Counted from the stretch's first letter, positions 41,501 through 51,263 are shown. The stretch: DNA of 64,000 nucleotides from an uncultured archaeon (GCA_964631415.1 CAZVZC010000002.1:79362-143361), one strand, 5' to 3'. Notes: generated by a model from the sequence alone, not told the origin. Numbers and translations: made by a program.

Positions 41501-41984
41501 AAGGGCATTCGGCGTCCCTGTGAGAATACCCTTGACTGCCGAGATGAGTACGGCAGAATTGAAAGCAGTTGCATCCTGTGAAGAGGGTACATATGAAGCG
41601 AAACATGTGTTCAAGGTGAAGGCCATTGACAAACCGCTTTTCTTTATCGACTTCTCAGCTAGGAATGAGAGAGGTGAGGACATTCATGGGCTCGTCCCGA
41701 GGGAATCACCAGTCGACATCGGTGTGCGCTTGCGCTGTCCGAGAGAGGACGTTGAGGGGCTTACTCTTGCTGTTCGAGTGTTGTCGAAAAGAGACGTTGT
41801 TAAGGAGTTCATGATCCCAGTCACAGGCAGCGAGAGCGCTGACTTCAAGCGCACGCTCAGCTGGATCACCCCAACGGTAGAGGTTGTAACCGGCTACTAT
41901 ATCGATGCACTTCTCCTTCTAGGCGGCACTCCTCTTCCCAGCCGTTCGATCGACGTTGTCCGAAAACAGATCACTGTCTACTGA
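38541..41984 (+). CDS. GCS2/glutamate-cysteine ligase-family carboxylate-amine ligase fused to multiple Ig-like domains
   Basis: HGIEVELQ, LEVATPPC, STGLNP, FGEHHH, IAISVNSPF, GTIEVRVFDTQ; then ~660 aa of repeated beta-sandwich units. Confidence 0.85.
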   Translation: MTMPAELSDKKETKLPFPHGIEVELQVIRKDGSWMRGDEILNVFDKMVSGAKGLLDKRIRAAQVDSVRRKYKQSSQTEEGERGSRVVASYEDPQGSMKEYTLIGHDPNVTSLTWILEVATPPCTTLEELAWWVQTLVAITHESIPKESRAIVVSTGLNPTQEYLKNLSFGEHHHILSSSVDDKVRIAVYNMIRNFVPHLIAISVNSPFESKKPTDIVSIDGDGLTRAPKCKRSIRLLKNTTQMGPVNEFEFIPYINSTDKESFARHVNRSYARMVDVYPFTNYGTIEVRVFDTQLSVPRRVSLALILQALALRAKRMVEAGQEIPDVGARSLAANRESAVAAGLWAPFKPGVSEKNEEYMASYNGAVKEDGTYDKSHRSRFIGDAVVSMFHMIRQEMEELGLLDNPFMQPLFVSIFGSDFVTAKTTEADFQLEVYAKSDMNMMVLLNRLADITRECCTNWLYDPLEGTPHLPTWLCWWKGLEPEITTDSERTFGGQEAEFSISLKNSSDRDISDLTITYTVEDSDRHVVDQNVIPIAELEAGEVHVARVSFKTRSTASAYNVIAVVEAAGKRINKTATINIFWLRATVRPSATTQYADGRSHISFSGEIETNYPHVTKLTAKIAVVAQARGSLLGEVTRSIVVEIGEVFIFDESGIPPIIVPPDPSLSVERCFLRMTLSDQSGNEITTATSRPFYIGFIQRGPRVLLRTDAKTVHTPGDVLHGETELKGRGAGLPEGTRLTISFVTESGVSHSITDVSASRLLSESIRFEWRIPAIESDEISDRTGVVVASLRSGSGEISHAESARLRIADLGVRISILSLRAPEMSHVGGPISGWLRIRRSSDLGEPATLVMKFVFPDGEEHKAFTQAIKQNRNLSVAYGPILIPMPQASNADKVTLVAEVLYAGALMDRQAADIMLAGGPVDERLSLSFSGVSKFVIPDELVHAAVHLTNTSSERVNCHLSLVLESIAETENLLDQQVELGPEQTRAFGVPVRIPLTAEMSTAELKAVASCEEGTYEAKHVFKVKAIDKPLFFIDFSARNERGEDIHGLVPRESPVDIGVRLRCPREDVEGLTLAVRVLSKRDVVKEFMIPVTGSESADFKRTLSWITPTVEVVTGYYIDALLLLGGTPLPSRSIDVVRKQITVY

Positions 41985-42258
41985 TGAGCCGCTCACATCC
42001 CATCATAGCAACAGCCGCCATAGTCAGATGAAGTTCATTAGCAGGATCGCTCGCACCAATCCATATCTGGAGAAGGCAAACTGCGATTCTGCCCGCTTTC
42101 TGGCCTTTCTACCGCACGACCCATGGCAAAGGTATAAAAAGGGCGAGAGGAATGCCACACGATAAGAAGAGTCGCTAGCCACTACCTGATGTATATGTAT
42201 AGAATACTACGGAAAACATCATACGAGTCACAAACGCGAAAAACAGACGCTCGGATGG

Positions 42259-43185
42259 ATGACATGTATGTTGGATTTGTTGATGCACCCGGTTGTTTCA
42301 GGACTGCTCATAATGAGCTTCATCGGGGCACTCAGCTACAAGTTGCATTTCGTTGACATCTCGGGACTGATCAGTGCTTTTGCCGTGGGGTTCATAGTGT
42401 GGTATTGCGGAGGACCCGCAGCCTTTACGATTCTGCTCTTCTTCTTCATGAGTTCCGGAATAGCTACCAAGTTTAAGTACAAGGCAAAAGCCAAGAACGG
42501 AGTGGCGCAAGAGGGGAAGGGAAAGAGATCTTGGAGAAACGTCACCGCCAGCGGGATTGTACCCACTCTGTTTTCTGTCGGCATGTACCTTGCTCCGCGC
42601 CTGAGTTCCAATCCAGACCTTGCATTCTACATGTTTGTCGGGCTTGTTGGTTCGGTGGCCACTACAACGTCAGACAACTTGGCGAGTGAGATTGGAGTCT
42701 TCAGCAAGAGAAAACCCCGGCTGATAACCAATCTCAGGAGGAAGGTGCCCCGCGGTACGATTGGTGCTGTTTCCCTTCTAGGTGAGGGAGTTGCGCTGGC
42801 TGCAGGCTTCGGCATCGGCATTCTCGTTGTCATCTTTGGTATCTTTGCACCCTCGACGGTGCCGATAACCACCGTCGACCAGCTCACAATCATACTTCCC
42901 CTTGCAGTCTTGACAGGATTCATTGGGTGCAACATCGACAGTGTACTCGGCGCCACCCTACAAAACAAGTTCGTGTGTGAGATATGCGGTGCAGTCACAG
43001 ACAAGGAGTTCCACTGCAACTACGAAACCAAGTATCTTGGCGGCTATAGATGGTTCTCGAACATGCATGTCAATCTGGGTTCATCAGGGCTTGGGGCGAC
43101 TCTTGCAATCGTACTCGGCGGCGGTCTCTTCGTGTGGATACTTGGCGGGATCTTCTTCTGGATACTTGCTTCATCAACTAGCTAG
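42259..43185 (+). CDS. DUF92/TMEM19 membrane protein with CxxC..HC insert
   Basis: FFMSSGIATK, RSWRNV, SDNLASEIG, GAVSLLG, DSVLGATLQ, CEICG..HC. Confidence 0.88.
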   Translation: MTCMLDLLMHPVVSGLLIMSFIGALSYKLHFVDISGLISAFAVGFIVWYCGGPAAFTILLFFFMSSGIATKFKYKAKAKNGVAQEGKGKRSWRNVTASGIVPTLFSVGMYLAPRLSSNPDLAFYMFVGLVGSVATTTSDNLASEIGVFSKRKPRLITNLRRKVPRGTIGAVSLLGEGVALAAGFGIGILVVIFGIFAPSTVPITTVDQLTIILPLAVLTGFIGCNIDSVLGATLQNKFVCEICGAVTDKEFHCNYETKYLGGYRWFSNMHVNLGSSGLGATLAIVLGGGLFVWILGGIFFWILASSTS

Positions 43186-43322
43186 TGGGCGGGAGAGCCC
43201 CATAGGGTTGCACATCTCACTTTATCGAATGGATACTCTCAAATATGAAACGCCTTGAACGCCTGCATCAGCAATAGGCCGGGCTGCACCTGACGCCTCC
43301 ACGAGCCAAGCATGGTGATTCT

Positions 43323-44129
43323 ATGGCACATAGTTCTCGCGGTCTGACTTACCAGTGGGCCCTGACCGGCGTGTTCGCTGCTCTGCACTTCGTGGTTTCA
43401 ATGCTGCCAGCCGCAAGCGCGGTTGGGGGCACTATCACTTGGGGCTGGGTCTCCGCACCGCTCATCGGTTTCTTGCTAGGACCCTTCTGGGGCATTATAT
43501 CAGTGGGAATCGGATCTACTTTGGCTATGTTCGCTTTCCCTGGGATGGCCCTGATGTCCGTCCTCACTCCTCTTGCTCCGATGGCTGGAGCGTTCACAGC
43601 AGGAACAATAAAGATGAGAAGACCACTTCGGGTCTATCTTCTGTTCGTTGGCGCGATTGTTATGTTCCTGATAGGGCCGATTGGGACCCTTGCCTCTGGG
43701 TTTCTCTGGCTTCACGTGGTTACCTTGTTCCTCTCATTGGCCTTCGTTTTGCCAAGAGTGTCGCCGAAACTGAACAATGGGCTCTCCTTCTCGCATGAAA
43801 CAAGCACTGCGGCAACAACTCTTGCTGTGTGGCTCATGGGCTTCACTGCAGTCATGGCAGACCACTTGGTTGGATCTACGCTCTTCGTGTACTACATGTT
43901 CTACATCGGCTCATATAGCAGCATCGTACTTGCAGGATGGTTTTTGCCTATCACTTTCATCTACCCCATCGAACGAGCTATCGCATCAGTAGTCTTCGCT
44001 GTACTGGGACTGGTAATTGGCAAGTCCGTTGCCGGTGCTCATTTTGAACTCCCTGCTTGGCCGGCGCACACGACAGATTCTGAAACCACCACATCAGACA
44101 GTTATTCACTGGCAGGTGAGCACACGTAG
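43323..44129 (+). CDS. ECF transporter S-component-like membrane protein
   Basis: GVFAAL, APLIGFLLGP.WG, ADHLVGS, YPIER. Confidence 0.7.
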   Translation: MAHSSRGLTYQWALTGVFAALHFVVSMLPAASAVGGTITWGWVSAPLIGFLLGPFWGIISVGIGSTLAMFAFPGMALMSVLTPLAPMAGAFTAGTIKMRRPLRVYLLFVGAIVMFLIGPIGTLASGFLWLHVVTLFLSLAFVLPRVSPKLNNGLSFSHETSTAATTLAVWLMGFTAVMADHLVGSTLFVYYMFYIGSYSSIVLAGWFLPITFIYPIERAIASVVFAVLGLVIGKSVAGAHFELPAWPAHTTDSETTTSDSYSLAGEHT

Positions 44130-44271
44130 GCCTTAGGCACAGATGGGGATGAAATGCAACTTCGAAACGAAGCTTCATATGCATTTGATTCGAACTGAGC
44201 TTGGAACTGGGGTTTCAGGCCGGTTCAGAAGCTGAACCACACCCCGTGTGTGGAGAAAGGAGAAGTTCAGA

Positions 44272-45105
44272 TTGCAGCTGGAGATGTTATTTACATTCAC
44301 CATTATTGCATTAGCATTCTTTGTGCTGATGTTTGTTGTTTCAGGGATCAAGGTTCTCAAGGAATGGGAACGGGTCGCGGTGCTGAGACTGGGCAAGTTC
44401 AAGCACATTAAGGGGCCCGGTGTCATTTTCATCGTCCCAATCCTCGACCGGATTGCCATGAAGGTTTCTCTGAGGCTACAGACATATGCCTTCAAGACAG
44501 AGAGATCGCTGACAAAGGATAACGTCCCCGTTGTTGTTGACGCTGTCATGTACTCAAGAGTCGTTGATGTAGAGAAGGCGATTCTCAGCGTGGAAAGATA
44601 CACTATCACGGTGGAACTCGCCGCACAGACGACTCTGCGGGAAACAGTTGGTAAGGTAACACTGGATGAGGTGCTCTCGGAGAGAGACAAAATCGCCGCC
44701 CACCTGCAGGAACTCATCGATGAGAAGACTGAGCAATGGGGCATTAAGGTGACGGCAGTTGAGATACGGGATGTGGTCATTCCAACCCAGCTTCAGGACG
44801 CAATGAGCAGAGAGGCACAGGCAGAAAGGGAGAGAAGGGCAAGAGTAACACTGGCTCAGGCAGAGCTTGAAGCCTCGGAGGCTATGCTTAAGGCAGCAAA
44901 GACCTACGAGGAGTCGAGTGTGGCCTTCGCTTTGCGTATCTGGAACGTCATTCAGCAGATCAGCACGAACGCTAGTCTGATTCTGATGGTACCCACAAGC
45001 ATTCCTGAGGTTGGCTTGAGTGCTGCTACTGCAGCGGCCTTCAGTGTTGGCACTGGTGGCTTCAGGCTACCGCAGAAGAAGAAAGCCGTGGAGGAGCAGA
45101 GCTAG
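44272..45105 (+). CDS. SPFH/band-7 (stomatin-like) protein
   Basis: EWERVAVLRLG, GPG, LTKDNV..VDAV, AQTTLR, WGIKVTAVEIRDV, AQAERERRA. Confidence 0.93.
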   Translation: MQLEMLFTFTIIALAFFVLMFVVSGIKVLKEWERVAVLRLGKFKHIKGPGVIFIVPILDRIAMKVSLRLQTYAFKTERSLTKDNVPVVVDAVMYSRVVDVEKAILSVERYTITVELAAQTTLRETVGKVTLDEVLSERDKIAAHLQELIDEKTEQWGIKVTAVEIRDVVIPTQLQDAMSREAQAERERRARVTLAQAELEASEAMLKAAKTYEESSVAFALRIWNVIQQISTNASLILMVPTSIPEVGLSAATAAAFSVGTGGFRLPQKKKAVEEQS

Positions 45106-45139
45106 GTTCGGACACCTATGAAGAGGGGGCTCTAAGAAA

Positions 45140-45838
45140 ATGGACGCGTGGATCAAGATCGTTGTCGTCTTGATGTTGATCTCGGCTATGAGCATGGTCC
45201 TTGGGTATCTGATATTCGATCCGTTCGTTGGTCTGATACTCCTGGGAGTCATCCTCACGCTCATGATCATGACACTCGACCCGGCTACTGGTAAAGCGAT
45301 GTCTCAGGTGATAATCCCGATAGTTATCATTCTGTTCGTCTTTCAGGTTTTCCTCTATCCCGGGGATATCGCATGGTGGATGCCGTTCGTTGTTGGAGCG
45401 GTGCTCTACATGCTCTTCATACTCTTCACTGGTGGCGGTGGAAGCCTCGAAGGAGGATTGATTGATGCAGGGGTTTCAATCAAGCTGTTCCCACTGTACG
45501 GGCTTGCAGTTTTCCTATCGGCCCTAGCGGACCCGACCAGGAAGACCACGGTCTACATCATGGTTGGGACTGTTAGCTGCTTGATGATTCTCTACATGGC
45601 GTTCCTGCGCAACTATGACAAGTGGCCATTGCACTCGTATGAGAAGCAATCCGGAGTCATCGCCCTGAGTGACATCAACCCGAGAGGCAAGGTCAAGGCA
45701 GGTGCAGAGATCTGGTGGGCAAAGACGACAGGACCACCCATCAGGGAAGGCGAAAGAGTCATTGTGCAAGGGGTGACAGGACTCACGATGATCGTTACTA
45801 AGGAAGGGCTTGATGCCGTGCCTGGGAGCGAGCAGTAG
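45140..45838 (+). CDS. NfeD-like membrane protein (C-terminal OB fold)
   Basis: Six TM then INPRGKVK.GAEIWWA...IREGERV.V..V.GLT.IV; adjacent to SPFH. Confidence 0.85.
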   Translation: MDAWIKIVVVLMLISAMSMVLGYLIFDPFVGLILLGVILTLMIMTLDPATGKAMSQVIIPIVIILFVFQVFLYPGDIAWWMPFVVGAVLYMLFILFTGGGGSLEGGLIDAGVSIKLFPLYGLAVFLSALADPTRKTTVYIMVGTVSCLMILYMAFLRNYDKWPLHSYEKQSGVIALSDINPRGKVKAGAEIWWAKTTGPPIREGERVIVQGVTGLTMIVTKEGLDAVPGSEQ

Positions 45839-46688
45839 TCCGTCCGGGTCGGCCTAGTGCCGACTCACCCCCATTCTTCTTTTTCATCACTACCATGATG
45901 AGCAACAGCATCACGATTAGGCCAAGGGCAAACCCAGGTAACGTTGTGATTCCCCACTCTATCTGAAACAGCTCGGGGGCCGTCACGGGTTCACTTGGGT
46001 ATAATGGAAAGAGAATGTAAGCCATCATGTTCCACGAGAAATGGAACCCTACCGGTGCCCAAAGGCGATGTCCCGAGAAGTGGTAGCCCAGCCCTAACAC
46101 TACGCCACCCACAAACAGATTCAGGCTGAAGAGGGTCACCAAGTGATACGGCACTGATCCTAGCGGAGACCACCAACCGAAGTGAACAATGGAAAACACA
46201 ATCGAGCTGACGATTAATCCTCCGGGAAGACCCCATAAGCGGGTCATCCTTGACACCATGTAGCCACGATAGCTCAGCTCTTCAAACAGAGCCACTGGCG
46301 CAGTGATAATGGCTTCCGATAGCACAAGGTCAGCAGTGATCTCTGATAGTGGACGGAGCTGACCTCCTAGATTGGCAGCTAGCAACACGACGAGCCCCGC
46401 AGCCAGTAGTCCAGCGAACGCACCGACTGCCGTGAGCGGGACTGCGTTTGAGTCCATGGTAAGACCTAACTCAGTGATTGAGTAGCGCCCTTCCCATCTT
46501 AGGAACACCTTCAGCACGAAGTACATCAAGCCAAAGGTCAGGAAGAAAAGCAGCGTCGCAGCCAGCTCTTGGAGCTGCACGCTCCAGCTCAGTGCATTTG
46601 TCACGAGGGGGGAAAGCTCAACAATCAGCAGCATCGTTAGGCAGAACAAGACGACTCTAGCTACCTGAGTTGCTCGATCATCGCTCAT
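45798..46688 (-). CDS. CPBP/Abi (CAAX protease II) intramembrane metalloprotease
   Basis: EELSYRGY, FSIVH, HFSWN. Confidence 0.9.
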   Translation of the reverse strand: MSDDRATQVARVVLFCLTMLLIVELSPLVTNALSWSVQLQELAATLLFFLTFGLMYFVLKVFLRWEGRYSITELGLTMDSNAVPLTAVGAFAGLLAAGLVVLLAANLGGQLRPLSEITADLVLSEAIITAPVALFEELSYRGYMVSRMTRLWGLPGGLIVSSIVFSIVHFGWWSPLGSVPYHLVTLFSLNLFVGGVVLGLGYHFSGHRLWAPVGFHFSWNMMAYILFPLYPSEPVTAPELFQIEWGITTLPGFALGLIVMLLLIMVVMKKKNGGESALGRPGRTTARSQARHQALP

Positions 46689-46988
46689 GGGAGGTCCAGT
46701 TCTCTCATCCGCTTTCCCCTAAAATCTCGTGTGGTCCAGTCCTCCTCTGGGACTGTCTGCCCAAGATGCCAAAAGCACATCAAGCCTGCCCAGCCGTTGT
46801 GGCTCTTTGAACTCAGCTCTGGGAACCACCCGCCGTCAAGCCATACACCTCCCTGCAGGTGGTACATATGGTCAATTCATTTAAGTAGTTGGCAATACTC
46901 AAAGAACGAGAACGACCCGCGAGTCCATCATAGGGCTACCTGTGCAGGTTATCTCAACGGTGTAATGGCTCAAGGAGTGAGAGTCTGC

Positions 46989-48224
46989 TTGTCAGAGACA
47001 AGGCGGCTGCTGTTAGAGTTCGAAACTGACGAAGTGGGAAAGCTCGCCAAGAAGGACGCGAGGATTCGACAGGAACTCGTTCAGGCCTTCTCCGACTCAT
47101 CTGAGATCGTAAGGGAAAGAGCTCTGATTGCTGCCGTTGAGTTGGGTGATCCTCGTGTAGTCACAGATGCAGTCAAAGCTCTGGGCGACGAAGAAGAGGA
47201 CGTCAGGATAGCTGCCGCTCAACTTGTGGCTTGGTTTGGCCAACCCCGGACGGTCCCGGACCTGCTCAATGGTCTGAAGGACTCGAATACTTGGGTCAGG
47301 TCTCACTGTGCATCGGGTCTTTCGAAGATACTGCACGGTCCCATTTGGGCGCGAGTCCCGGCTAAGGACGTTGATCTGCTCCTGTCTGGTCTTCCGGGCA
47401 TGAGTGACCAGCAGATCGAGCAATACATGATTGGGCTCAAGGTCGAGTCAGAAATGGTTGACCGCTTCATCCAGTGGAAGGAAGCCAATTTCAATGTAGA
47501 GATCGACATGACCAAGATGGTTGAAGAGCTTGAGGCCAAGCCGATAGTCTTAGGAGAAGAGAGCAAGCCAGCAGAGTACAGACCGCCTGAAGCGGTGCCT
47601 GCACCCAGAGGGTCAGGCCTGTCCCCTGGGGTCGAGGATATTCTGTCCGAGCTTCCCGAGGATATCAGGATGACTCTTCCCCCGGAAGACCTGAAGCGCT
47701 TGAATGCCACCACTGCGAGAGAACTTGTCGACTCCCTGAAATCGTCCTTTCCTGCCGCAGCAGTTGAAGCCGCCAGGAAGAAGCCGGTGAAAGTGAGACG
47801 CGTCAAGAAAGTCCGCAAGGTCAGGAAGGGACAGACGAGAGAGGAGCTGATTGCCGGTCTCCCGGACGAGGTGAAGGACTCCGTCACGCCAGAGATACTA
47901 GATAGTTTGAGTACTGACGAACTGGAGGCTCTCGTCGGTGCCTCCGCCGAGGAGCATGAAGCAGAACCCGAGGCAGGAGAAGAGGCGCCTCCAAAGGCGA
48001 CCACAACAAAGCCGGCGTCGGGTCGGGCTGAGGCACCAGAAGCGAAGACTGGACGGTCTGATCCACGTTGGGAGGAATACTCCAGTCAGTATGGTCAAGC
48101 GAAGGCCGATCTGCTTGTGATGGTTCCACCCGATATGATTCAGGGTCTTCCAGCTGAACAGATACGTGAGATGGACTTGGAAACGCTGAAAGGTCTGATA
48201 GACGCACTGAAACCACGGGAGTAG
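46989..48224 (+). CDS. HEAT-repeat protein with three C-terminal LP(E/D)D-type repeats
   Basis: DSSEIVRERA, DEEEDVRIAAA, DSNTWVRSHCA; TTG start after AAGGAGTGA. Confidence 0.8.
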   Translation: MSETRRLLLEFETDEVGKLAKKDARIRQELVQAFSDSSEIVRERALIAAVELGDPRVVTDAVKALGDEEEDVRIAAAQLVAWFGQPRTVPDLLNGLKDSNTWVRSHCASGLSKILHGPIWARVPAKDVDLLLSGLPGMSDQQIEQYMIGLKVESEMVDRFIQWKEANFNVEIDMTKMVEELEAKPIVLGEESKPAEYRPPEAVPAPRGSGLSPGVEDILSELPEDIRMTLPPEDLKRLNATTARELVDSLKSSFPAAAVEAARKKPVKVRRVKKVRKVRKGQTREELIAGLPDEVKDSVTPEILDSLSTDELEALVGASAEEHEAEPEAGEEAPPKATTTKPASGRAEAPEAKTGRSDPRWEEYSSQYGQAKADLLVMVPPDMIQGLPAEQIREMDLETLKGLIDALKPRE

Positions 48225-48227
48225 CTC

Positions 48228-49505
48228 TTACTGCGCTCCCCTTATCACCACGGCAAACTCAGTCGCAAGTCGACCATACCATTCAAGCAGATCTCGCATG
48301 TTGTCAACATGACGGTACGTGCCGTTGCCGTATTGTGCCATGGCAAGCATCAGTTCCTCATCGATTTCACTGCGCTCTCCGAGACCAATACAGTACATCA
48401 CAAGCCTTCGTCTATCCGAGAACTTCTCCTTCAAGACCTTGAGAGGAGGAGGCCCGGACGTCGTCATCCCATCGGTGAGGAGGATCAGCATTGTAGGCTT
48501 CTTGGGGTCTCCAAACGCATCAAGTGTTTCGCTCGCCTTGATTAGAGCTGAACCCATGTCAGTCAGAGTGCCTCCCTCTTCCACCTTGTCGATGACATGT
48601 GTGCTTATTATCTGAAGACCCAAGGCCTTGTCCTTGCCTGTACATTCCACATAGGGTCTTACATCACCGGACTCCGGGTCCATGAATGTCATCTCGCTCA
48701 CTTCCTTCTCGAAAGTGATCACGGCGACCTTCTCCCCGTATCCGCGACCAACCTTCTCTGCTAGGTACAGCAGCACAGCCATGGCAGCTGCTTCACCCCG
48801 GCTCACATTGGACCCCTCTTCAAACCTGTCGAGAAAGGCCTGAACATCCGGGTTGTCACCCGCAAGGTCCTTGAGCCCCTCTCGTGCATGGGCCACATCC
48901 CTGACTGGCACGTCATTAGTCTTCATCGACCCACTTGTGTCGATGCATAGGATTGCATTGAAGGGAGTGGATATCCCCACCGTCTTAAACTGGTAACCAG
49001 TCTTGTCCCTCAGTGCCTCAAAGGCAAGCTTCGCAAAGCTCTTGCCAGTAAGCGATGGGCGCGTATTCATTATCTCAACTTTCACTTCCAGCTCGGGCCA
49101 GTTGAAGGACATCCCCGGATACACTAGGCGGCCGCCAATCATCTTCTCCAACAGGTGGACCTTTTCTGCTGCTCTCGGGACTAGGTCTTCTGTGTTTGCT
49201 CCCTCGGCTAGCGGCTTGAGACCAAACTCCACATACTCAAGTGCAATCATCGGTTGATCATAGAGTGTTACCTCGACCATGTCGCCCTCCATGAGCAGGG
49301 AGGCCTCTAGTACAAGGCTGTCAACTACAATTCTGTCCTGCGGGACATCTGCACTCTTGCGGACTTCGGCTGCCCCCCAGAAACTGCTCTGAGGATCCTC
49401 AAATAGCACAATGGAACCCATTTCTGCCTTTAGAGTGTCGGCGGTCCTAGGGTTCAGGTTTGCATACCCTTTGAGATCTCCTCCATCTACGATCTCCAGT
49501 TTCAT
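48228..49505 (-). CDS. CDC48/NSF N-domain-like (DPBB + domain 2) fused to vWA domain
   Basis: GYANLNP..ADTL...RIVVD....LMEGDMVEV; IDTSGSM, TDMGSAL, LLTDG (intact MIDAS). Confidence 0.8.
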   Translation of the reverse strand: MKLEIVDGGDLKGYANLNPRTADTLKAEMGSIVLFEDPQSSFWGAAEVRKSADVPQDRIVVDSLVLEASLLMEGDMVEVTLYDQPMIALEYVEFGLKPLAEGANTEDLVPRAAEKVHLLEKMIGGRLVYPGMSFNWPELEVKVEIMNTRPSLTGKSFAKLAFEALRDKTGYQFKTVGISTPFNAILCIDTSGSMKTNDVPVRDVAHAREGLKDLAGDNPDVQAFLDRFEEGSNVSRGEAAAMAVLLYLAEKVGRGYGEKVAVITFEKEVSEMTFMDPESGDVRPYVECTGKDKALGLQIISTHVIDKVEEGGTLTDMGSALIKASETLDAFGDPKKPTMLILLTDGMTTSGPPPLKVLKEKFSDRRRLVMYCIGLGERSEIDEELMLAMAQYGNGTYRHVDNMRDLLEWYGRLATEFAVVIRGAQ

Positions 49506-49582
49506 CTTCTTAGTAATGGTGTATTCCTCCGAGAGAGCAGTATGATTCCGTCTGACCGAGTTGATATAAACGATTTCACGCG

Positions 49583-51097
49583 CTATGGCACTTCGAGCAG
49601 TGTAAGAAGCGCTGCCGGTATCCCGTCCGTTGATTCAATCTGCACGCCATGTTCGGCCAAAGTACTGAGCAGAATGGGGTCGACCCTCTGAGATGCGAAC
49701 TCAGTGGTATCTAGAGTGTGTTCGGCCCTTGAACTCATGACTGCGCAAGTCACAATCTTGCCAGATTGCTGCCGCACCCAGATGTGAACTTCACGTGCCC
49801 CTTTGTTCGCGACAAGCGTAATGACGTAGGAATTGTCGTAAACGCCACTGAAACCGGCGGTTGAGTACGGTCGCACATCGGGCCAAGTTCCCTTGGGTGG
49901 TATCATGAAGTCAATTGATGCAACGTCCCATTGCCTATCTCGGACAAGAGTCAGTACAAGCGACTCGAGAGTATCAACACCTCGACGATGCTCGTCGCTG
50001 AATACAACTTGCCGGGGAGATTCTCCGCTCGGACCACGTGTTGTGTATGGTTTCTGCACAAGCGAGAGAGCATTGCCGCCTAGAATGCGCTGGATGTCAG
50101 CGAGTGTCCCAGAGAATGACTTCGAGAGCAGGTACATTATCAGTTCTGCGGCTTGCATAGATAGGAAGCTATAGTCAGTGCCAAAGAGTAGCTTCTCAGA
50201 CCATGAACCCCTAGTCGTTCCCACTCGCTCTTGGGCTGTCTTGAACAACACTGGGATGTCTTGGCCGTGCAGGCCCGACGTTTCCGCATAGATCAATGGG
50301 TCCCTTAGAATCTCGTGGAGAAGGGGATCGCCAGGACTCATAGCGCAGTGGCCGAGGATGATGCGCATGCCACGCAGAGCTTCAGTGCACGAGTTGTCGG
50401 AACGTATGTCATCAACCAGTGCTTTGATCTTCCTTGCGGTGCGAATGTTCCTTGTGTCGAATATGACCGGAACACGGAGTTCTCCTGCTCTCTTCACCAC
50501 ACGCTTGGTGATGTCGTCCTGAATGTCATCTAAGAATAGCTGGGCTAGGGGATGGAGCTTGAGGCCGCGCAAACCCAGATTGTTGACCGCCCTATTCAGC
50601 TCATTGACTGCGGTGTCAGGGCTCTTAGTCTTGCCATCCGTAGGGTCGACTCGGGCGAAACCGATGAGTCTCGTTGAGTTGGGTGCATGCGTTGTCCAGC
50701 TCGCTATCTTGTCGTTTGAGAGTCTGAACGATGCAGTCGTGCGGTCGGTTGATTTGGCGTAGTCATCGGAGTAAGGAAAGACTATCGTCCTGTCGACTAG
50801 CCAGCCATTGTTCATCCGCTCCCAGCTGTCCCTCAAGTTGAAACACTTCCAAGGCAGGCTCGGAGGCTCCACTTGTATTGGCTCGAAAAGGAGACCTTCC
50901 TTCTCCAGGCGCTCCTTCGCCATCCGTCGAAGCTCAAACCACAGAAGGGCATAGTATGAGTAAGCACCCGCAGGTGTGTTTCTGTGACTACCTTCGCGAC
51001 CCATGTGATGATGTCCATCGACCAAGTATATGCGGAAGATGTCACCTCTTCTTATTCCATGGGATGGTTGATCTTCCACGGCTCGGACTACTAACAT
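49583..51097 (-). CDS. Amidohydrolase_2-family TIM-barrel metallohydrolase with C-terminal extension
   Basis: VDGHHH, RLIGFARVDP, GLRGLKLHP, IILGH, LLFGTDY, RILGGNA. Confidence 0.85.
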   Translation of the reverse strand: MLVVRAVEDQPSHGIRRGDIFRIYLVDGHHHMGREGSHRNTPAGAYSYYALLWFELRRMAKERLEKEGLLFEPIQVEPPSLPWKCFNLRDSWERMNNGWLVDRTIVFPYSDDYAKSTDRTTASFRLSNDKIASWTTHAPNSTRLIGFARVDPTDGKTKSPDTAVNELNRAVNNLGLRGLKLHPLAQLFLDDIQDDITKRVVKRAGELRVPVIFDTRNIRTARKIKALVDDIRSDNSCTEALRGMRIILGHCAMSPGDPLLHEILRDPLIYAETSGLHGQDIPVLFKTAQERVGTTRGSWSEKLLFGTDYSFLSMQAAELIMYLLSKSFSGTLADIQRILGGNALSLVQKPYTTRGPSGESPRQVVFSDEHRRGVDTLESLVLTLVRDRQWDVASIDFMIPPKGTWPDVRPYSTAGFSGVYDNSYVITLVANKGAREVHIWVRQQSGKIVTCAVMSSRAEHTLDTTEFASQRVDPILLSTLAEHGVQIESTDGIPAALLTLLEVP

Positions 51098-51263
51098 CTG
51101 GACGCTTCTCCGTCGGGTTAAGGCGCACCAACTCGTGATAAACCATCTCATACTAGTCATCGGATGGGTTCAAGTCAGTGACACGACATAATGTCCATTT
51201 GCACTATGGATATATCGATTGGTGTGCTGGTCCACGACAGCCGCCTATGCGGAGTATGACGCA

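Noticed and set aside
43186-43322. Riboswitch upstream of the ECF S component
   Set aside because: No TPP, FMN or cobalamin consensus elements recognised.
47303-48004. 233-aa antisense ORF and similar antisense ORFs (e.g. 58028-58696, 44175-44780)
   Set aside because: Ser/Thr- or His/Val-rich shadows of genuine genes on the opposite strand.
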